Positions 56,437 through 64,000 of a stretch of DNA of 64,000 nt are shown piece by piece. The notes beneath the pieces were generated by a model. It did no database searches. It was not told where the DNA came from and was given only the letters and a program-made list of their open reading frames with translations. Source of the stretch: an uncultured Nitrososphaerales archaeon (lineage in GTDB: Archaea; Thermoproteota; Nitrososphaeria; Nitrososphaerales; Nitrososphaeraceae); contig CAVOHZ010000008.1 in the NCBI GenBank assembly GCA_963695855.1, positions 160,001 through 224,000 of the forward strand. The letters run 5' to 3'. Within the stretch, counting starts at the first letter, position 1, and each line of letters starts with the position of its first letter. The position numbers and the translations under genes were made by a program.

Positions 56437-57073
56437 CTAAAAATTTTTATCCTAATCCTTTCTTATTTTCATTGTTATTATTGTGTTGGGAACCAGAAAA
56501 CTAAACAGTCTTCATAAAGTGGACCAGGTTAGAGTTATCCAGTTAAATGAACAGATATATCAGAGATTGAGAAATCATTTTAATGAGTTTCACTGTGGAC
56601 CCGAAGATTTATGCAATAATAAAGTTACTACGTATGACGACATAATTATCAAAATATTATCAAAATATTAGACTTTTACGAAGAAAGGAATCAAGTCTTA
56701 TTATTAGTTACCAAAAAAAGTTCTCTATTCTTGAACACTTAAATACTAACACTTAAATAACTGTGATGGTATATTATAGTTAACACCGAAATCTCTATAA
56801 TGTATTTTTGCGGCACTAACCTTATTAAATCTAATGCAGAGAGAAAAAAAGAAGGATATGACATAACCTATGGAGAATCTTCACGCCCATTTGGTGGATA
56901 AATTTCAAGAACAAAATAATTGTAAGTGTTATAACAGTAGTAAATAAATAAAAAATAAGATTATAATGTATAAATTTTGTAGTTTTTATTGTCTGGTTTC
57001 TCTAATGTAGGAACCTTGACGATACTATCAGAAAACTACTAGATTTTTATGATAGTAAGGAGAAATCACAGAA

Positions 57074-57586
57074 ATGACTACTAGAGACGACGACAATAAT
57101 AACAATAACGATGAAGAAGGTAAGGTAATTCTGGATGAAGAAGGTCTGGTAATTCTGGATGAAGAAGGTCAGGTAATAATTCTGGACCCTAAGCGTAATA
57201 AGGTAATTGAATTTGTATTCGAACAGGGCGGTAAGGAAGGTAGTAGAAGAATATACATTGATGAAAAATGTCGTTGGTATTGTATAGCGGCTTCTCTGAA
57301 GGATGCGAAAGAAGGTAGGGGTAAATTCTATAAATATACTGATTTAGGCAGAAAATTATTGTTGGAAGTTTTCGCCGAATTAGATAAAACAGGTCATTTT
57401 AATGATAAAGCGATCTATAAATATACTGATTTAGGCAGAAAATTATTGTTGGAAGTTTTCGCCGAATTAGATAAAACAGGTCATTTTAATGATAAAGCGA
57501 TAGAAGAAGATTACTTCTCTGATATTGTGGTTAGAAAGTGTATTGATATGATCAAAATCAAAAATGACCTATCAGATCTTAAATAA
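57074..57586 (+). CDS. Hypothetical protein with a perfect 87-bp internal duplication (57327-57501)
   Basis: YKYTDLGRKLLLEVFAELDKTGHFNDKAI twice; VILDEEG repeats. Confidence 0.6.
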   Translation: MTTRDDDNNNNNDEEGKVILDEEGLVILDEEGQVIILDPKRNKVIEFVFEQGGKEGSRRIYIDEKCRWYCIAASLKDAKEGRGKFYKYTDLGRKLLLEVFAELDKTGHFNDKAIYKYTDLGRKLLLEVFAELDKTGHFNDKAIEEDYFSDIVVRKCIDMIKIKNDLSDLK

Positions 57587-57713
57587 AATTTCAATTTTAT
57601 TAAATATTTAATATTTTTTTTATATGCAATATAATTTTTTAAATATACTTTTATCCTAATCTTCTTTTATTTTCTTTGTATGGATGGTAGTGGTCCGTTA
57701 CGTCGTGGCTGAT

Positions 57714-57864
57714 TGGGTAGAGTTGTAGAGGAAACAAATTCATGGCATAACAGATTCAGGAAGTTATTTACAAGATATGAAAAGAAAGATGAGAACTATC
57801 TCGGTCTTGTATAATTGGCTAATAGTATAATTGTTTATAGGAGGATAATTTTGGGATAGGCTCT
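57714..57864 (+). pseudogene. 3' fragment of the IS427-like IS5 element with intact terminal IR
   Basis: aattcatggcataacagattcagg...ttttgggataggctc. Confidence 0.85.
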
Positions 57865-58167
57865 AAATGTAAAAATATAATTAAATACCGATTTGATATT
57901 TAAATTTCTCAAGTTGAGCATTTTTTCTCAGTTATTTTATCTGTCATTATAATATTTTTTATAATCTTTTTAATTTCCTTTTCTGAATTTTTTTAATAAA
58001 CTTAACATTATCTCTTTTCACAGCTTTTTCCCAATTCTTTTGTCAGATTCATTCCAGAGTTTTTCTACTATTTGTTATTGTAAATGAATAATGTTTTAGA
58101 AGACCAAAACGGTTTCTTTAAAAAAAATATTCGCTATTTTGGTATCATAATATCAAACTATACCATC

Positions 58168-59233
58168 TAGCATATGTTAGCTGACACCTCCCAACAGATA
58201 GTGTCTCATATCAAGACAGAATCTTTTTGTCTTAAAATACGAGGATATTTTATTTTTGAAATCTGTAAAGGATGAATAGTATTGTAGTACAAGCAGATCG
58301 TTTTTGGCTATATGCCATATCTCTTCCAGTACCATAAATTCCGGAGATGCTGTTGGAAGATATATTGGAATTAGATTCTGTTTGTGTTCATCAAAATATC
58401 GTAGTACCTTATATGATCTGTAGTGCTGTTTTGCTTTATCCAGAAACAGATAACATTTTGGAAACTTTCTGTGTATCTGTTTTAGATAATCTAAAAATGT
58501 GTTTTCATCAAACCAGTCATATTGCCTGAACATCTGTTTTCCTTCCAGACTTGTGGTACCAAATAGAACTGACTCCTGATGTGACCCCGTAATCCTTACA
58601 ACTGGTCTTTCATCCTTGTTTATCCATACTTTCCTGACAAGTGAATCATAGAAGAAAAATGATTCATCTGTAGATACTACTGTAAATCCTTCTTGCTGAT
58701 GCTGCTGCTGGAGAGTATCCAGTACCTTTCTTGCTCTTTTTTAAAATCCTCTTTCTCTTCTTTTGATGCTGTGTTCACATGCACTTTTCTTGGTACCTTC
58801 TGTTTGAATCCCCACTTGTGCATTAGTCTGTAAATATGTGTATAATGGTATCTGATTCCACCACTCTTCCTTACTATTAGATCTTCTACCTGTTTCGTAG
58901 TCCATCCTTGTTTACTGGATGCTAATTCGTTTTTTATCTCATATACAGTCTCTTCTGGTATATCTGGTGGTCTGCCACTCTTTGTCCTGTTTTTTAATCC
59001 TTCTATACCTTCTTTCCTGTACCTCTTTAACCAGTCAGAAGCCCATGTTCTGCTTCTATGAAGATCTCTTGCTACCTGTGCAGGAATCTGTTTATCATAT
59101 ACTACGTTCAACACAATTAGCATTCTTTCCTTTACATTAGTATCATGTTCAGATCTGTATAGTTTTTCAAATCTTGCTTTAGATATTGTACTAGTCAATA
59201 AGATATCATGTTTATAGTATCAGCTAATAGCTA
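58168..59233 (-). mobile_element. IS630 family element, orfA 58677-59198 and orfB to 58177 via a probable -1 frameshift
   Basis: HTH and DES / LDKAKQH / LEE motifs; slippery TTTTAAAAAAG near 58735-58746; ends TAGC...TTAGCTGA. Confidence 0.9.
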
Positions 59234-59357
59234 TTCTGATCTAAAAGATAATACAAGATAGTAAAATATTGTCAGCATACTTATGATAACTGGTATATAA
59301 CTTTGTTATTATAGATATTAAGATAAAGATTATATGAGAATTTAACCTTCAACACTT

Positions 59358-59951
59358 GTGCAGAAATATGTTAAAATAATATATTGTATGTTAGTAATTT
59401 CAATTACAGTTTCGTTAATAACTTTTAGCCCATCTACACAGATGTTATCAATAATAAATCCTGCTTTGGCAGAAGATGAAAACTTTGATAATATGAAAAA
59501 TGTATCACAACAGACACAAGAATCATCCACAAAGAATCATAATAAAATCAATGTGGAATATGCAAAAAAAGACAAAACTGAGTCAGACTTGGATGATAAT
59601 AATTGTAAAACGAATAAGATCCTTAAGGGCGCATCAAATAAAAAGGATTTAAAAATACTTTCAGAATGTGAAAAGGCCGTAGGAAAGGTAAAACATATTC
59701 AAGAAATGCCTGATGGGGATTATAAATTCTTGCTAAAGTTAGAAAAAGAATACAAATCTCTTTTAAATAAAGATAATAAGAAAAAGACAGGAGGAAATCT
59801 TGTTATAGAGATTGTTCCTAAAGATCAAGATTCTAAATATGTTGAATTACCTGATAAAGGAGACGATGTAGAAGTATGGGGAGCTTGGGTCATAGATAAA
59901 CCAAAGGGATGGAATGAAATTCATCCAGCATGGAAAGTTTTGGTTAAATAG
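59358..59951 (+). CDS. Secreted protein with putative OB-fold C-terminal domain
   Basis: Signal peptide; DGD..F...LVIEIVP...VEVWGAWVID...WNEIHPAW. Confidence 0.7.
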   Translation: MQKYVKIIYCMLVISITVSLITFSPSTQMLSIINPALAEDENFDNMKNVSQQTQESSTKNHNKINVEYAKKDKTESDLDDNNCKTNKILKGASNKKDLKILSECEKAVGKVKHIQEMPDGDYKFLLKLEKEYKSLLNKDNKKKTGGNLVIEIVPKDQDSKYVELPDKGDDVEVWGAWVIDKPKGWNEIHPAWKVLVK

Positions 59952-60244
59952 ACAGAATCAATATATTCTATAGTACATTCGCTTGACTCACTTCTCCAAA
60001 TTTCTGTTATTACGTACATGATCCAATAGCATTATTTTGTGATTAAATTATCTTTTACTATTAGTAATAATTGCAATCATTTTTTCAGTATCTTCTTATA
60101 TGTGATGAAGCCAATTGAGTTTTTTTGATTGTTCAAATGCTATTACTGCTAATTTTTTATCATCCAGTAACCCTTCTGAGCTAATAAAGAAGCTTGATCC
60201 CAATAGATGTCTTCATGCAATAAAACGAAAATTTTTAAGGCTAT

Positions 60245-60333
60245 GGTGAACCTGAGAAACGTACTGACCCGTCGGGAGTAGAATCTTCCATGTAGCGGGG
60301 TTCTGCTACCTTGTATTTAGTTTTTTTTAGAAA
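60245..60333 (+). repeat. Junction element family B copy with gaacc arm
   Basis: ggtgaacctgagaaacgtactgacccgtcgggagtagaatcttccatgtagcggggttctgctaccttgtatttag. Confidence 0.85.
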
Positions 60334-60461
60334 CTAAAATCTGTAAAATTTTATTGTGAACAATGATTAGGTTTTTTAAAATAATTTTGGATTTATGAAT
60401 ATATTCATATTTGATAATCATCTTTAGGCTTATTAATATAATTCATTAACATAATAAAAAT

Positions 60462-60890
60462 ATGGAAATTAGTCAAACAAAAATAAATGAATTTTATAAT
60501 ATAGTTCAAGATCGAATTAGCAAAATAATTACAAAGGAAGGATTAGATATTAATATTCTTTCAAAGGATATAATGACAAATTTAGACTATCTTATATCTT
60601 CTGAAACTTATGAATCCGACACATGCCGTATTCGTTATGATAGTAATAATTTGGAGATAAAAATGTGGATTTTTAGTCTAATATGTATGTCTTGGACACT
60701 AATGAACCTAACAAATAAAGTTAAAGAAGGACATTGTAATAACATAGATCATAAGCATGGAAGTCAAAATCCAGGTGAATGTTTCGACGGAAGAAAATTC
60801 CATTATTCTTTTTATCAAAAATGCATTAAATCTTTCTATGATAGTTTAGGAGTTATAGAAAAAGACTTAGATAAATATCGGTTTTATTAA
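60462..60890 (+). CDS. Hypothetical protein
   Basis: 142-aa ORF, no motif recognised. Confidence 0.55.
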   Translation: MEISQTKINEFYNIVQDRISKIITKEGLDINILSKDIMTNLDYLISSETYESDTCRIRYDSNNLEIKMWIFSLICMSWTLMNLTNKVKEGHCNNIDHKHGSQNPGECFDGRKFHYSFYQKCIKSFYDSLGVIEKDLDKYRFY

Positions 60891-61405
60891 CCCGACATAC
60901 AAGGTATTAGTATATTCTATTTTGCTGCTATCTTATGTTCTGAATTTTAATGGATTTTGTCAATTTAACGTTCAAAATTTGGCTTAACTAAGAACCTATG
61001 TCAAAATTATAAATTTATTATGTGATTTTCAAAAATAAACTCAATTTTGATCTAATCGAAAATAAGCTTTTGATCAAAATCATCTTCTAAATCTGCAATC
61101 TATAACATGGAGGAATATTGTTAAATCCATATTTTCCAACAATATTTAATTTCCTAAGATCAATACATATGCTCTGAAACCCATTAAAAATGTCTTTATC
61201 CAGATTAATATGCAATTCAGAGCTAAATGTACACAAGGTATTTCGTATCTCAGTAATACTTTGTCTCCATACTTATTCCAGACACCTCTTATTGTTGAAT
61301 GCGTCTCCCGCAATAGTTATTCCTCTGTTCATATCTTGATTTTGATATGTGGTTTCATTTTACTAATGGATAAGGATTTTAACATAGTTATTATACATAT
61401 CTAAA

Positions 61406-62126
61406 GGCTGTGTTAACTTAAGACTATTTTACCTCCAATTTTGAATAGAATTTTGTTTCTGATTTTTGCATTATATAAATAAACGAATAATCTTATCCAA
61501 TTGTGTACATGTTGTAGATGACAATTTTGTATAATATTATTACGACGATAGTAATCATCAAAACATTCTGTCCTATCCTTGAAATACTGCATCACTCTTT
61601 CTATCAGACTTTTCTCTAAAGGAGAATGAAATCGATGTTTCAGAGTCAAAAAATTACATGCTTGTATATACTACGTACCACCATCTGTGTATATAGTATG
61701 TTTTCCATACCTTGATACAAGCGATCTGATAAAATTATCTGCTACAAACATGTTTCTCTCTTCTGAAATATAGATTCTAAGTATAGATTTATGAACAGAT
61801 TCAATACAAATCCATAACCAAAAATGATTACTACCAATCTGAATCATTGTCTCATCGATTATGAATACGGAAACTCTTCTATGCTTGTTATAGATCTGCA
61901 ACAATGAACTAAATCGTTGAATCCATTTCCAAACAGCAACATAACTTCTTTTTTGCTCCTTAAAAGGTTCCAATGCTTTGGATTTATTTCGTAGACTGAG
62001 ACCAAGAAAGTACAAATAAAGAGAATACATAACAATAGTGGATGTTCTATTTCTATTGAATTTAATAAGCATAGATTAGAAATAATACATTCACAACTAA
62101 ATCTATTTCCTTAAATTAACAGGTCC
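61406..62126 (-). mobile_element. IS6 family element with nonsense-split transposase (61671-62072, 61413-61649)
   Basis: IIDET, YTDGGT*; TIRs ggctgtgttaacttaag and cttaaattaacaggtcc. Confidence 0.9.
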
Positions 62127-62365
62127 TTTATTTATCAAGATTAATTAACTGATTTTTACTCATTACCTGTTTTTAGCAATTCTTTCATATCCTTAAAGAC
62201 ATTGTTGGTAAATTACAAATGAAGAGAGAAAAGTCCTATTCCACATTTAATTCATACGATATATCCTGCAAGAAATCAAATAGCTTGAAATAAATACTAA
62301 AATATTTTATCATAAATTATTAAATTAAATTTTAATTTACGTCATTAATCAAACCTCATTTATTC

Positions 62366-62688
62366 TTAGTATTTAGTCATGTCTTCAATCAATTTTATAT
62401 CTTTTTCATCTACACCTTCAAGGCATTTAAAATCCTCAACATCCAAGTCTAATTCTTCTTGTAGATTTTGTATTCTATTAGCATACTTGATTTCTTTATC
62501 AAATTCCCATTTGTTTCTGGCTATACAATATACTACCCAACATTTGTTTAAAGCTCCCCATGTCTGATTTACATAGAATCCTGATGGTAATAGTTCATGA
62601 TATTTTCCACTTTATAATATTTGTAAGGATCAAATCCATGCTTTTTGAAAAATGTGTTATAATTTCTCCTGTATTTATGAGGTTTCAT
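62366..62688 (-). pseudogene. 'WGALHK' family paralogue with one frameshift
   Basis: MKPHKYRR...; QTWGALNKCW...FKCLEGVDEKDIKLIEDMTKY, C-terminus identical to 20910-21236. Confidence 0.8.
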
Positions 62689-63291
62689 TTAATCTATTAA
62701 TTTTTGATCCTGAAAAGTATATAAAAATAAAATTTAGATAGTTATCTTTTCTGTAAAATTAATAATATTTACTTCTTTTTATCCTAAGTTAAAATCTATG
62801 CATGACGTCTATTAGCATATGATCTAAGATTATTTTTAAAAAATATTTTTTGTAGAAAAATTTACCGGTATAGTTCCTCATGGAGAAAATTTATTTTTAA
62901 ATATTTCCCAACAAATAATACTGTTAAAATAATTAATGTATTTTGGATTTAATACCCTGAAAAGATCTTTATTTTCTTGTTAATAATAGACATAAGATAA
63001 ATTCACAACTTTTGTACTCTTACTACAGAAAAATATAGAGAAATATAATATATTTTTATTGTAATGACAATTTCTAATAAAAAATATTTTGAGATAATTA
63101 ATCTATTGTACTACATTGTCAAATTAATATACCATATATAAGAATGTCATTACCATATAAAGTCCCATTGATATTTTTTTAATACCATTGAAATACTAAT
63201 TGGGTACACAATTTTTTAGTTGTTATTTTGTGACAAATTCTTTAATGTTTTATTGAGATCCTTTTTGTAATTTTCTCTACCTGGCAATTTA

Positions 63292-63522
63292 TTATTTTTT
63301 CTTATCAAAAACCCAGTCCTCTATCAGACGGACTATTACATCATTGTTACGTCTTGTACCAAATTTTTCAATTACTTTCATACAGAATTTTTTATAGAGT
63401 TCTACATCTATTGCTACCGTTGTATGCGTTTTATTGCTATTATTACTTTTGTTGGTATTCATACTTGTATTTGTATTTGTATTAGCCATTTTAATATATA
63501 TACATGAACATACATATATCAT
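63292..63522 (-). CDS. Ribbon-helix-helix DNA-binding protein
   Basis: TTVAIDVELYKKF...NDVIVRLIEDWV. Confidence 0.65.
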   Translation of the reverse strand: MIYVCSCIYIKMANTNTNTSMNTNKSNNSNKTHTTVAIDVELYKKFCMKVIEKFGTRRNNDVIVRLIEDWVFDKKK

Positions 63523-63962
63523 CAGATATATATTTCCATCTTTAATTTCATAACCATATCATATAACTTGGTGCGTTCATCAGGACTAATATACCAGTTG
63601 TAAGGCTGGTCAGTTACTATATCGATAATCATATCAACAAGTACATTTTCGTTAAAAATTTTAGCAATTATTCGTAGATCATAGATATAGTCCTTACTTA
63701 AATTGAAATCACGATGAAGTGCTTCATCATAATTTGTAATAAAAAAGTCATGTTCGATTTGTTGATTAAATTTGTATATAATAGTAGCTAACTCATAATA
63801 TAAAGAGCTGGGTAAGTTACGATATTTTCTTTGATCATTCTTTCCATAAAAAAGATCTTTTATTTGTTCAACAACCTTAAAATATAACTTTTTGAAATCT
63901 TCTACTTTTTTATTACTGTTATCTTTAGATTCAAATTCAAAATAATAGATGGCATCTAACAT
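63522..63962 (-). CDS. Hypothetical helical protein (possibly DUF1016 N-terminal-like)
   Basis: LYYELATII...L.RDFNLSKDYIYDLR..AK.F pattern. Confidence 0.45.
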   Translation of the reverse strand: MLDAIYYFEFESKDNSNKKVEDFKKLYFKVVEQIKDLFYGKNDQRKYRNLPSSLYYELATIIYKFNQQIEHDFFITNYDEALHRDFNLSKDYIYDLRIIAKIFNENVLVDMIIDIVTDQPYNWYISPDERTKLYDMVMKLKMEIYI

Positions 63963-64000
63963 TACACTCCGCTTTGTTCCATGTATATCTTGGACTTGTA

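Overview
Very AT-rich accessory region, most likely from a soil ammonia-oxidising archaeon (Nitrososphaeraceae, Nitrosocosmicus-like). This is inferred from the gene repertoire: NHL/LamG surface proteins, HTH_45 and Lrp regulators, class III cyclases, a thaumarchaeal-type integrase N-terminus and archaeal IS6/IS5/IS630 elements. No rRNA, intact tRNA or core housekeeping operon is visible. The window is a mosaic of cargo genes (MoxR-DUF58-vWA operon, M23 peptidase, a T4 alpha-glucosyltransferase-like GT, C5-epimerase, histidine kinase/cyclase cluster, rhodanese, SAMHD1-like HD dNTPase plus YwgA-like wHTH, MFS, GNAT), about 13 IS copies or remnants, a 4-repeat orphan CRISPR array cut by IS6, and many perfect tandem duplications. 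The most striking unexplained structure is about 17 short dispersed junction sites, many built on tRNA T-arm/acceptor fragments (Ser-, Ala-, Arg/Lys-like) fused to mix-and-match conserved arms with hairpins. They punctuate the cargo blocks, and one lies directly upstream of a tyrosine-integrase remnant, suggesting a cassette-like gene-accretion or shuffling system. All family assignments are by eye from motifs; no searches were run.
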